A stretch of DNA of 64,000 nucleotides from Eledone cirrhosa. Its lineage: Eukaryota. Position 1 is the stretch's first letter; each line of letters opens with the position of its first letter. Positions 1 through 11,850 of this stretch are shown in pieces. A program made the position numbers and the translations under genes. The notes beneath the pieces are model-generated. The model was not told the origin of the DNA. It saw only the letters and a program-made list of their open reading frames with translations, and ran no database searches. The stretch spans positions 112,654,001 to 112,718,000 of the forward strand of contig OZ024744.1 of the NCBI GenBank assembly GCA_964016885.1, read 5' to 3'.

Positions 1-210
1 CGAACTATATTGTATTTCTCCTGTCTCTTGAACTCTACATTTACTAGACAACGACTATTGTTTGTTTATCTATATCTTCACATCTTTGTTTGCTGTATTA
101 ATGTCCTGATTTCTCCATCTTACTCCAACACCACTCTTGTTGGTTTATTTACATGTTTATACCTATATATTGATATGTTTATATATTTATACCTCTGCTG
201 TACTAATGTG

Positions 211-350
211 CTCTTCCACGTATTCCACTTCTATGTATCCATGTATTTCTACCCCTCACATTGGGACCTGTACCCATTAGCTCTTCCACGTATTCCACTT
301 CTATGTATCCATGTATTTCTACTCCTCACGTTGGGACCTGTACCCATTAG
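211..350. repeat. 70-bp tandem duplication
   Basis: 211-280 and 281-350 are near identical (ctcttccacgtattccactt...tacccattag). Confidence 0.9.
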
Positions 351-637
351 CACACGACACTAGAATGTCTCCTCCTGAGAACAAAAATTAAACATTACAC
401 GACTATATCCCGTTTCTCTACATCCCACTAGGATAAATTACAGATCTACATAATACAATTAACGTTTCTTCATAAAAGACTATTTAATTAAACCCCGCAA
501 CCCAAAACCTCATAGAAGTTATTTGAATGTCCAATCTTCAATTTTCTGTTTGTTCAATTCTCAATCCTCTTACTCCTTAGTTTCATAGTGTTATTCTGAA
601 TTCTTTCAACTTCATCCGATAGAGTTAAGCAAAATTC

Positions 638-1461
638 TAAAGTTCCAACTCTCTGTCGGACCGTTGGGTGGGTTTTAGCGGCGGCGCGACCAGCTCCCTG
701 GCGAACGGGCTCACCTGGAGTGCTTGGAAAAATAAATTCCCCTTCTTTCAGTAAATGAAAATACTCGGCGTGGCTTAATTAGCCATGGGGCCTGGGGCGC
801 GGCCGGTGTTTTAACCGCCAAATAGTACCTTTAAATTACAGAACAAATCGGAACTATTATATATATCAACCTGAAACTGTTGAGCTTTAAGTTTTCTAAC
901 CTCTTTAATATGGAATATTGATTATTAATTTATTAATTTTTTAACTTCATCCTATAAGTCTAAACATTGTAACACACTGACCCCCATTATATTCACCTCT
1001 GCTAAGATGCGAGTCCCTGTGAAAATTTTGTCGCGCCACTCCTGGCCCGACTGTGGTGTGACATTAATATCGACCTTCCTTCCTCTCTCTTTCTATCTTC
1101 CTTCTTGTAGCTATCAACCATTACTCTTTTACTTCTCTAAGCTAAATTTTAAAGTTCCAACTTTCTGTCGGACTGTTGGGTGGGTTTTAATGGCGGCACG
1201 ACCAGCTCCGTGGCGAACGAGCTCACCTAGAGTGCTTGGAAAAATAAATTTCCCCTTCTTTCAGTAAATGAAAATACTCGGCGTGGCTTAATTCGCCATG
1301 GGGCCCGGGGAGCGGCCGTTGTTTTAACCGCCAAATAGTACCCTTAAATTACAGAACAAATCGGAACTATTATATAATTAATTGTTAAACTGTTGAACTT
1401 TAAATTTTCTAACCTCTTTAATATTGAATATTGATTATTAAATTTTTTTAACTTCATCCTA
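638..1461. repeat. ~315-bp direct repeat (638-953 and ~1150-1461)
   Basis: Both copies run from taaagttccaact..tgtcgga to ttttttaacttcatccta with scattered substitutions. Confidence 0.85.
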
Positions 1462-1887
1462 TCCTTTCTATCTTCCTTCTTGTAGCCATCAACCCTTACT
1501 TTTCTACTTCTCTCTTCCCTTCCTTCTCTCCTCTCCTCCTCCCTGCAGACTTATATTCCTTCCCCCTCTTGCTTGCCTATATCTGACCAGTAGTAGTTAC
1601 CTTCCTCTTTTAGCTGACATTAACCCTGACTTCTCTTCTTCTTTCTTCCCCCTTCCTCTCCTTCCTTTCTTTCTTTCTTTTACCTTTGTGTCATGGGATC
1701 GACGTTAACCTATGCTCCCATCTCTTTCTGTTTTCGTTCATCTGACCGGTAGTAGCATACTATAAAATTTGGCCACGTCACTCCAGGGCGACCGGCTGAG
1801 GTTGAAGGAACAGAATAGCGGTCGCCCTCGGGTCTCGATTTTCAGCCCCATGGATTTTACCTATTACATTCACGTATTATATTTCGA

Positions 1888-1945
1888 ATACCTGATGATA
1901 TCACCGGATTCATACGGAACCCGGTCATTGAAATGATCATAGTAT
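1888..1945 (+). ncRNA. Type I hammerhead ribozyme motif, PLE-type
   Basis: atac-CTGATGA-stem II (accgg/ccggt)-GAAA-tgatca (palindromic stem III)-TA-gtat; element ends in (TA)n near 2143. Confidence 0.65.
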
Positions 1946-3203
1946 AATAAACCTTTCAAGGATTTACACAAATCCAGCCTCCTGTCATTTCATTATAATA
2001 TTTAACTCCGTAATAGCACCACCAACTACAAAAACAAAGACGGTTGAACTGCTTTACGTTGAGTACTCTCTATATTATTGCATTACGATTGACCATACGG
2101 AATAGACCAGCTCTATACAGTGGTGAACCTCAAACCTGAATAAATATATATATATATATATATTTTTTTTTTTTATTTTTACTTCACATCCACCATACCC
2201 CCCCCCCTTTTATTCTCCGATTTACTTACCTAATATCTTCACTTTCCATTTTTTACTTCCCTATTTCCTTCACTAACTGATTATACATGTCATTTGCGTT
2301 TTCCACTCCAGATATATTTTTTCATTTATATTTTAGCGCAGCCTATCTTACAATTTTATAATTTTATATTTGTACTTACTTATCCACAAGTTTTTTTACA
2401 CCCTGTATCAATGTGGCTGAACGCCTTAATGTGTGTATACTTTCTATATATGTACATGAGCGACTACGTATGTGCGCGCGCGTGTGTATATATATATATG
2501 TATGTGTAAGTGTATGTGTCTTTATATCCGTGTTTTTTACTTCTAGGTTTTATGTTTTGTTCCTTTTTTCTTCTCCCCCCTTCTTTTACATCCTCATTTT
2601 TATGCGTGTGCATGCAAACAGGTCAATATGCGTGAGTGTAAATATGTGTGTGTGTACGTATCGAACGTATGGATGTGTAAGTGTGCGTGTGTATATAAGC
2701 ATGTATATTTTTGCGTTTCTTTTGTGAGATATGCGTGTCTGTGTATGTATGTACCTTGTTTGTTTTCTTTTCTTTAATTTTTCTTTCTAAATTATTGTTC
2801 CATTTTTATAAATATATCGAGATTGATACTTTCCTTTAATTATTACACTCCCTTACCTCTTTTACTTCCGCATCTAAGTGTACGTGTGTGTAGGTGTGTT
2901 TATGCGCGTGCCTTCATATTCTTATGATGTATCTATTCTGTCTGTAGATTACAGACATACAGATACATTTGCCCTAAATTATATATTTACGCACACTTTT
3001 TCACTATACGTATACATATGTGCATACACATATATGCACATCTGTGAGCGTATATACATACATATACACGCACCTAACTATATTTCTTGAAAGATTATTA
3101 TATATTTCATATTCTAATTCATTTGTCTATATCTTTTTTGTTTTTTTGTTTTTTTGCTTTTCTTGATGAGACTTTCCAAGTATTTACCCATATTTTATAT
3201 TGC

Positions 3204-3271
3204 CTCGTCTGACGAACGAATGAAGACGTTTCTTTCGTATTCGCCTCATTCGGGAAACCTCTGGTAATGAG
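3204..3271 (+). ncRNA. Type I hammerhead ribozyme motif
   Basis: ctcgt-CTGACGA-cgaatga...tcattcg-GAAA-cctctgg-TA-atgag; stems I, II and III all pair; GUA cleavage triplet. Confidence 0.8.
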
Positions 3272-3315
3272 ATAATTATATTGTATTTACTTTTATACAT
3301 TATATATATATATAT

Positions 3316-3934
3316 AAACGGAAAAAAGAAACGAAATTTCATTTCCCACTCTTAGTACGGCTGTTACTTAAATATAAGTATGTACACGTACATACATATA
3401 TGTATACAGACGTACAGTAGTATGTATATATATATACATACATGAACACATATATATATGTATGGATTCACCGAACATTTATTATAATGCTCGGTGTGTT
3501 TGTATGTACGTGTACATACTTATATTTCAGTAACAGCCGTACTAAGAGTGGGAAATGATATTTCGTTTCATTTTTTCCATTTATCATTTTCGGCCGATTA
3601 ACCCACTCGATATGCAAATTGGGCTACTCACCCGTTAATATGCATAAGGTAAGTATATACGTTCAATAATCTGGCAGGAAGGTATACGTTGCTGACGATA
3701 GCTAATAAGCTTGAAACTAGTACAGCGTTCCTTTGTCAGTGTTGAACAAACGAGCAACGATGGTTGCTGGACACTACGGCTTAATACGGGATGTTTGTTT
3801 ACAAACACACCGAGCATTATAATAAATGTTCGGTGAATCCATACGTACATATATATATGTGTGCATGTATGTTATATATATACATACAACTGTACGTCTG
3901 TATACATATATGTATGTACGTGTACATACTTATA
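3316..3934. repeat. Overlapping inverted repeats (3316-3396 vs 3501-3583; 3375-3504 vs 3800-3934)
   Basis: Reverse-complement matches such as cccactcttagtacggctgttac / gtaacagccgtactaagagtggg and ggattcaccgaacattt / aaatgttcggtgaatcc. Confidence 0.8.
3686..3728 (+). ncRNA. Minimal type I hammerhead ribozyme motif
   Basis: acgttg-CTGACGA-t-agct aata agct-t-GAAA-ctag-TA-cagcgt; palindromic stem III typical of PLE minimal HHRs. Confidence 0.85.
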
Positions 3935-4399
3935 TATATATATAAGTTATAATCCTTTAGTAATATATTGATATTTGATTATCTCTATACAAATGCATAT
4001 GTGTGTATTAACATGCATAAAAAGTGTTATAGGTTTTTTTGTGTTTGTTATATATGTCTGTATGTATACATGAGTGATGCGGGAGGACGCATATGTATGT
4101 GTATATATGTATGTATGTATATCTATGTGGGTGTGAGGTATGTTGCAGATATGCATAATATTAAATACATGAATGGTAATCGTATATATGAGGACATGAA
4201 TATTAATCGTATATATTTATGTATATATACTGTGAACTTTTTATAACACAAGGAATGTATAGCAGTGATTAAGAGAAATCATTTACGTTTTGTATGGCTA
4301 TATTGTTGGCTTGAGTAAACATAATTTCTATTTTCAGGACGTGCGTATGTATATATATATACATATATATTTGTATGTCTTTGCATAAGATACTGATCT

Positions 4400-5104
4400 C
4401 TATAGCAAGGGTACATTTTGAACTCAGATTTTGGTATATTGATCTCAAGTTTTTAAACTAAACAATGTTTAATTTCTCATATTATATATCTATGTCCCAT
4501 TCATGAATATTGATACTTATATTTTTATTATTCATTTCATATAAATTGTTAACTCAACTTAATATGACATGACGTAAAGTTATCGTTGTCCCCCCTCTCT
4601 CTATATAGTATTTCTCTCTCTTGAGTTTTTTTCTATCTGTATGATGACTTGTAATCTTTCTGTTGCTTTCATTTGTTTTTCTTATTTCTTCCCTTTCTTT
4701 CTTTTTATTTTTTTTATTTTTTATTTCCTCCTATCTTTATTTATCTTTCTTTTCTCCATACATTTCTCTCTCTCTCCGATATTTCTCCAGGTTTTCTTTC
4801 TCTCTCTCCGTCTCTTTTTCTTTTTCTTTCTCTCCGCCTTTTTTCTTTTTCTTTCTCTCCGTCTTTTTCTAATTGTGCTTAACACTATGACTTATTAAAA
4901 TAATATAAACAAATCACTATCCAGACAGCCTCCAAAAGTAATGGTTGCATTTTAAAAGGGTACGTCAAAGCTATTTGTAAAACTGTTATATATTGTATTT
5001 TGTCTGATGAGGCATACCATAATTTAATGTGGTATCCCTGAAATATGTATAATGAAATAAATATGGTTTTATAAATATAGTTTCCATTTATTAATATCGT
5101 ATAT
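4400..5104 (+). mobile_element. PLE family B 3' UTR/pLTR fragment (no tail)
   Basis: Homologous to ~12610-13330; ends at aatatcgtatat followed by (TA)n. Confidence 0.7.
4996..5059 (+). ncRNA. Hammerhead ribozyme motif, PLE family B
   Basis: tattttgt-CTGATGA-gg..ataccat/gtggtat..cc-GAAA-tatgta-TA-atgaaata. Confidence 0.8.
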
Positions 5105-5267
5105 ATATATATCTATTGTTATACTTTGGGAGGGTCATGTTGCCAATAAGAAACACACGCACCAGTTGCTTTCACTTCAATTTATTATAATAAATTTATA
5201 AATTTAGGAATTTATAAATTTCTGGTTGGTTGGTTTGTTCCACAACCAGATTTGTTGTTTATATATT

Positions 5268-5310
5268 GTCAAAGTTCTTTCGTCACACATTCTGTGACCT
5301 CTTCAGTGAC
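5268..5310 (-). ncRNA. Hammerhead ribozyme motif, PLE family A (left arm)
   Basis: Reverse strand gtca-CTGAAGA-g-gtcac agaatgt gtgac-GAAA-gaac-TT-tgac. Confidence 0.75.
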
Positions 5311-5538
5311 TGGGGATTCTTTTCTTTGTTTTTGTGCCTCTCCTTTGTTCTGTCCTACGCCATTTTGTTTCTGTGTGTGTGTTGTATGCTCAGTCTGCGC
5401 ATGCGCCACATCCGGGTGTCTGTGTGTGTTTATATTCGTTTATTTATTTGTTTATTTACATGTTACCGGTTGGTTGTTTGTTCTATGTGCGTGTGTGTTT
5501 TCATTTTGTCCTTAATTGTAAGTTGTGATGTTGCTGTT

Positions 5539-6790
5539 TCACTCATATTTTCTATTTAATTTTGGTTGTAATTCTTTTATGTTTATTGCCTCTGTGATTT
5601 GTCTAAACATTGCGTCTTTTCTGTGTGTAGATTCTATTTTTATTTCTATGTTCTCTAATTTACCCTTATGTTCTATTTTAGCATGTTGGTAGAGTACAGA
5701 TGATTCTTTACTATCTTGAAGGTCTCGCCAGTGTTCATTTATCCGTTCCCCTACACTACGAGCTGTCTCACCTATGTACACTATATTTTTGTCTCTACAT
5801 TGTCCTTCAGTACATCTTATGCTATACACTACATTTCTAGTTTTACAGTTAATATGGGGGCTTATTTTACAGGTTATACATTTCTTATCTATACAGGGGG
5901 GTCTTTGAAAAGGGTAGGTGTTTTTACGGAGGTACCTGGTCTTTCTACTATCTTAATATTGAGTTTATGTTTATCTAGGGCCCTTCTAAATTTGTAAGCT
6001 AATTCACCTCTAGGGGTTGTATCGATGAACATTACACTCTGGTATTTATTGCTATCATACCATGAGTTTATTCTATTAGCCTTATTCCTAGTTCTTTCTA
6101 TTCTATTCCAAAATTTGCTCCTATACAAAGGGCAGGTCCCATTTGTGTCATTATTTACCATTTTTTCCCATTTGGTTCTGGCTCCTCTATATACTCTGAT
6201 TTTATCTCTCTGATTGTAACCAGAGAACTGCATATGGTGGATGAAGTGCTGTATGTGTCTCTCTAGTTCTTCGGGGTTGCAGATGCGGGACACATTTCTC
6301 ATCACCCGTACCAAATCCGCAATCAGTATGTTGATTTTGGTATGGTCCGAAACGGCCGAGTTTCGGTGGATCAGATGTTTGGAAGTCATGGGTTTGGCAT
6401 AATGGGAATGGAGGATTCGTTTTTTGTTATTAATGGTATCTAACCAGAGCTCTGTGTCTAGTACAGGTAATCGATGGTTGGGGTGTTTACTTGGGTAGTC
6501 TATAGTAACTCTAATACTCTGGTGGATGGAGTTAGCTATTTGCTGGATGCTTTCCATTGTGTTTTTCTCTAGTTCCTGACTGTTCTTTAGTGGGGATGTC
6601 TTAACTACGATGTTTATATCATCAACGTAGCGGGAGTACATTATCAGGGTTAAGGGGTCTTCTAATTGTTCTTTAAGTTTAAGTTTAAGTCTACTGTCCC
6701 ACCATACCATGAATAAGTTAGCTATGTCGCCTGCAATGCTAACACCAATGGCTGCTCCTTCCTCTTGGGCATATGTTTTTCCATTAAATA
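5539..6790 (-). pseudogene. PLE reverse transcriptase C-terminal half plus GIY-YIG endonuclease, frameshifted
   Basis: ORF 5889-6827 has G-A-A-I-G and SRYVDD motifs; ORF 5539-5829 has YSIRC..VYIGET..R..EH and E-A-I-N; Cys-rich linker in between. Confidence 0.9.
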
Positions 6791-7751
6791 GACTTAAACT
6801 TAAACTTAAAGAACAATTAGAAGACACCTTAACCCTGATAATGTACTCCCGCTACGTTGATGATATAAACATCGTAGTTAAGACACCTCCACTAGAGAAC
6901 AGTCAGAAACTAGAGAAAAACACAATGGAAAGCATCCAGCAAATAGCTAACTCCATCCACCAGAGTATTAGAGTTACTATAGACTACCCAAGTAAACACC
7001 CCAACCATCGATTACCTGTACTAGACACAGAGCTCTGGTTAGATACCATTAATAACAAAAAACAAATCCTCCATTCCCATTATGCCAAAGATGTGGAAGT
7101 CATGGTAAATAATGACACAAATGGGACCTGCCCCTTGTATAGGAGCTAATTTTGGAATAGAATAGAAAGAACTAGGAATAAGGCTAATAGAATAAACTCA
7201 TGGTATGATAGCAATAAATACCAGAGTGTAATGTTCATCGATACAACCCCTAGAGGTGAATTAGCTTACAAATTTGGAAGGGCCCTAGATAAACATAAAT
7301 TCAATATTAAGATAGTAGAAAGACCAGGTACCTCCGTAAAAACACTTACCCTTTTCAAAGACCCCCCTGTATAGATAAGAAATGTATAACCTGTAAAATA
7401 AGCCCCCATATTAACTGTAAAACTAGAAATGTAGTGTATAGCATAAGATGTACTGAAGTACAATGTAGAAACAAAAATATAGTGTACATAGGTGAGACAG
7501 CTCGTAGTGTAGGGGAACGGATAAATGAACACAGGCGAGACCTTCAAGATAGTAAAGAATCATCTGTACTCTACCAACATGCTAAAATAGAACATAAGGG
7601 TAAATTAGAGAACATAGAAATAAAAATAGAATCTACACACAGAAAAGACGCAATGTTTAGACAAATCACAGAGGCAATAAACATAAAAGGATTACAACCA
7701 AAGTTAAATAGAAAATATGAGTGGAACAGCAACATCACAACTTACAATTAA
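6789..7751 (+). pseudogene. Second (inverted) copy of PLE RT-GIY-YIG, with ~230-bp internal deletion
   Basis: ORFs 6709-7149 (YVDD) and 7434-7751 (YIGET) nearly identical to the minus-strand copy. Confidence 0.9.
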
Positions 7752-7947
7752 GGACAAAATGAAAACACACACATAGAACAAACAACCAACCAGTAACATG
7801 TAAATAAACAAATAAATAAACGAATATAAACACACACAGACACCCGGATGTGGCGCATGCGCAGACTGAGCACACAACACACACACAGAAACAAAATGGC
7901 GTAGGACAGAACAAAGGAGAGGCACAAAACAAAGAAAAGAATCCCCA

Positions 7948-7990
7948 GTCACTGAGGAGGTCACAGAATGTGTGACGAAAGAACTTTGAC
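7948..7990 (+). ncRNA. Hammerhead ribozyme motif, PLE family A (right arm)
   Basis: gtca-CTGAGGA-g-gtcac agaatgt gtgac-GAAA-gaac-TT-tgac. Confidence 0.75.
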
Positions 7991-8534
7991 AATATATAAA
8001 CAACTATCTGGTTGTGGAACCAACCAACCAACCAGAAATTTATAAATTCCTAAATTTATAAATTTATTATAATAAATTGAAGTGAAAGCAACTGGTGCGT
8101 GTGTTTCTTATTGGCAACATGACCCTCCCAAAGTATAACAATATCGGTTTCAACACACGATTTCAGATAAAGAATCTTGCTAAACAAATTCAGAAACGAA
8201 ATATATATATATATATATATATATATATCATACACCTACGGTAGTAGGTGTATAATATTCTTAAGGTCCCATTTCGGTCACTCGCGACACCTTCAAAGCT
8301 TTGTCACTAATTCAATTTTTGATAGAATTGGATGCGGTTTTTTGCACCTTATAGGACGACTGATAAGCTACTTTTTGACATAAAAATATTGAAATTTGGT
8401 TCAGTAGAAAAAAAGTTACATAAAAATAAGTGACGGCCAAAAGAGTGTAAGGAACTACATACATAAGTAACGCTTAGTTTGTTTCTAATTTCTAATACAT
8501 TAAAATAGTGATAGATTGTGCAATAGTGAATTGT

Positions 8535-8537
8535 GGT

Positions 8538-8568
<31 letters not shown>

Positions 8569-8607
8569 GCAATCCGAAGGTCGTGGGTTTGATTCCCACT
8601 CTGATTA
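8535..8607 (+). tRNA. tRNA-like cloverleaf, anticodon GGC, probably a pseudogene
   Basis: 73 nt; acceptor ggtcagg/tctgatt, D arm gctc/gagc, anticodon arm gcgga-ctGGCaa-tccga, T arm gtggg-tttgatt-cccac; C56>T and three G-U acceptor pairs. Confidence 0.6.
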
Positions 8608-8720
8608 CTCTTCCTATCTGCATTTCTTCCTATTCATTATTATTTATTTAACTTATTTGTTGATAAATATTTTTAATATTAATATAATATCCTTGCATTG
8701 CCTGGAAAAAAAGTGGATTA

Positions 8721-9989
8721 CAGGGAAAAATGCGGACACATGTAAAGAAATATTCTTAAATTAATAAACCTAGAAAAGTAAAGGACAAGTTATTACACCT
8801 GGAAAAGTAAAGGACAAGAAAACTTCTTAAAACTACTTAAAATATTGCAGCTAAAGTATAAACTTAAAAAAAAAATTTAGATTATAAAACTAAAAATAAA
8901 TAATTATAAGTTAATTGTTAAAAAAATATCACTTTAAAGGACTGGGAAAATGACTGTCTTATAGGGGGAGTTGACTACTGTATACTTAATTTTTTCTTGG
9001 TGTATACAAATTAATCTTTTTAAAATAAAATTTGTACAATAATTTGTACAATAATTAATTAATAATAATAATAATAATTAATATGTACAATTTATTAATT
9101 AATGTTATAAGATATTTAAAAATTTTCACTCTTAATCAAATTATATTTTTAAAAATTTAGTTATAAAATAATGCAGTAAAATAAGTCAAAAACAGTGCAT
9201 CATATAATTGCACTTTTTATGAGTATTACAGATTTTTTTTATAATATAGTAAAATTCAACATCTCAAGGGGCAAAATTAGGTAAAAGTCAATTCATCAAT
9301 TATTCATTTATAGTGAATCAATCAATTATAGTAAATTCATTAATTCATTAGATGAACTGTTGAATTAGACAATGTTTAATTTTTAATTGTAGTCTAATTT
9401 TACTCTACCTAAAAATGTAGATTGGTTATTTTGATCTTTGACAGGTCTTAAATTTCATTATTAAACAATTATAGTACCAGTAATACACTGGGTAATTGCT
9501 GGCCTTGTGCCTAAAGTAGAAACAATTATTAAACAATTATAATTTGTTATTATTTATCATTACAGTTGGCTCCCTAATTAATTATTAATTAATTGTTAGT
9601 GTCATTTACACGCCAAAATTTTGTTTTATTTGATGTTTATAATTGTCACTCATTTTTTCAGTCCCATTTAGTAAAGTAAAATAAAGTATATTTATTTAAT
9701 GACCCAACCACTATGGTGTAAATTAGGATCACAAAATTAAATAAATGATCATAAATTAGTATTATTATCAATTAGAGAGTCAACTGTATTATTAGAATTT
9801 ATCACTTTCTATGTATATTTAAATCAAATATTTTTTATTATTCAAATTTATACTATAGCTGCAATATTTTAAGAAGTTTTAAGAAGTTTTCTTTGTCCTT
9901 TACTTTTCCAGGTGTAATAACTTGTCCTTTACTTTTCTAGGTTTATTAATTTAAGAATATTTCTTTACATGCGCCCGCATTTTCCCCTG
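8721..9989. mobile_element. Non-autonomous Tc1/mariner-type MITE-like element
   Basis: ~135-bp TIRs (8721-8852 / 9856-9989) starting CAGGG, TA on both sides, no ORF. Confidence 0.8.
9474..9525 (+). mobile_element. SINE 3' fragment inserted in the MITE
   Basis: gtaccagtaatacactggg..gtgcctaaagtagaaacaa with 16-bp TSD ttattaaacaattata (9458-9473, 9526-9541). Confidence 0.85.
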
Positions 9990-10780
9990 TAATATATATA
10001 TATGTATTTATATATATGTATGTATATATATATATATGTATGTATATATGTATGTATATATATACATACATATATACATGTCTTTTCGTGGGGTATGTTT
10101 TTAATTAATTTTTGTATTCTGAAACATTTGTTGGTCACTGGACTCGGGAATGTCACGACAGAAGTTTGTGGAAGTTACACAAATATTTTAGTATATTTTA
10201 GCAGAGCAATCCTTATTTATATTTTACATTTTACATTTACTTACATCTCAATATAACATGGCTAAAATTCAAATTTTGCAAAGAGAAGAAAACGGTCAAA
10301 TGAACTAGATACATCTCACTGTCCCCCACCACCACAATAACGTCTACACTCCCTCCCCACCATCACATGTCATTACCCCATCTAGACTAAAGTCATCGAC
10401 CTGTTGTCAAACTCTCTACTCTCTGTTGAATGTGTATATATATATATATGTATGTATGTGTGTATATACATCACTCAGTCAAACGACCAGATTTCAACCC
10501 TAACATCTACAACAACAACAACACCGGCACTAATGATTACAGCAACAACAGCTTCAGAATGAACAGAAGTGAACATTTACAACAACAACAACAGAGGCAT
10601 CAAACGATAAGAAAAAAAAAGAAAAAAGAAAAAGAAGGGAAAAAATAACAAACAAAAAAACTCAAAATAACAAAACACACACACACACGCACACAACAGA
10701 ACAACAACATCAACTGCCACCACCACCACCACCACCACCACCGCCGCCGCCATCACCAGCGACCGGGCCTTAAGAAAACA

Positions 10781-10915
10781 ACTTTTGGCACGGATCCAGC
10801 GACTTGCCCAGCGCATCACTGGTACTCTCTTTTGTTGACTCCGTGGGTATGAAAGGCAAAGGTTGACCTCGGCGGGATTTGAGCTCAGAGCGTGGAGGGC
10901 CGTGACTCTATGCTG
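10781..10915 (-). mobile_element. Degenerate tRNA-derived SINE (same family as 43739)
   Basis: atgaaaggcaaaggttgacctcggcgggatttgagctcaga matches the reverse complement of the SINE core. Confidence 0.7.
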
Positions 10916-11045
10916 TAAAGCAATTATAATAATACTGGACTGTAGTACGATCGGCTTCAACTATACAAACTCTTGAAAGTCAACAGTTGACATAATCTTG
11001 TAATCTTGTATCAGTAATGACGGTAATATATATATATATATATAT

Positions 11046-11320
11046 ACATGGAAAGTTATATTTAAATTGTTGGGTTACAACGAGTAAATATTTATAACTG
11101 ATATAAAAGCACTCAACAAGTATTTGGAGTATATTTACGATATTAAATAAATGGAAACTATATTTATAAAACCATATTTATTTCATTATATATATTTCAG
11201 GGATATCATATTAACAATATGTTATGCCTTCTTCAGACAAAATACAATATAGACAGTTTTATAAATAAATAGATTTGACATACCTTTCAACATCGACTTG
11301 CATTTGAAAAGTTGATTTGG
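11046..11320 (-). mobile_element. PLE family B 3' end with tail; HHR at 11179-11244
   Basis: Reverse complement of ~13150-13415; core CTGAAGA..GAAA-tatata-TA. Confidence 0.75.
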
Positions 11321-11379
11321 CATATATATATATATATACGATATTAAACAAATGGAAACTATATTTATAAAACCATATT

Positions 11380-11445
11380 TATTTCATTATACATATTTCA
11401 GGGATACCATATTAAAAATATGGCATGCCTTCTTCAGATAAAATA
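11380..11445 (-). ncRNA. Hammerhead ribozyme motif, PLE family B inverted arm
   Basis: Reverse complement of 13219-13284. Confidence 0.75.
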
Positions 11446-11606
11446 CAATATATAAGCAGTTTTATAAATAAATTTGACGTACCATAAAATATTGAAACTT
11501 CCATTTAAAAAAGTTGGTTTGGTAGTGAAATGTTTGTAAATATTTAGTGTTAAGTACAGTTAGAAAGAAAGACCGAGAGAAGGAATAAATGTATGTAAAG
11601 AAAAAC

Positions 11607-11850
11607 AACTTCACTATCAGGCTTACTCTGGCAACTTAAACATGATAACGTTGGATATTCGTTGTTTTGGAATATAGTCTCAAGAGGGATTCCCTTTAAT
11701 TCCTCATCTGAGACATGTGACCTCTGCGTAGAGGAGATATTCTTTATATTAAAATCTAAAAATTCCCTTAATCTAAGGAGCAATTTATTCAGTTGCTGCA
11801 GACATAGATTGAACTCAACGTTTAAATATAAATATAAATTTAAAATGTAG
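11607..11850 (+). pseudogene. C-terminus of PLE GIY-YIG endonuclease
   Basis: Translates TSLSGLLWQLK..WNIV..CDLCVEE..LN.RS.L.S.CRHR, a typical PLE endonuclease tail. Confidence 0.75.

Larger units (their letters stand above)
5113..8200. mobile_element. Penelope-like element family A, 5'-truncated, as a ~3-kb palindrome
   Basis: Left arm 5113-6693 (minus), spacer to 6788, right arm 6789-8142 (plus) with tail to ~8200; RT and GIY-YIG coding in both arms; (TA)n flanks. Confidence 0.9.

Noticed and set aside
5113-8142. A-to-G differences between palindrome arms as an ADAR editing footprint
   Set aside because: Only a handful of such differences, mixed with other substitution types; no clear bias by eye.
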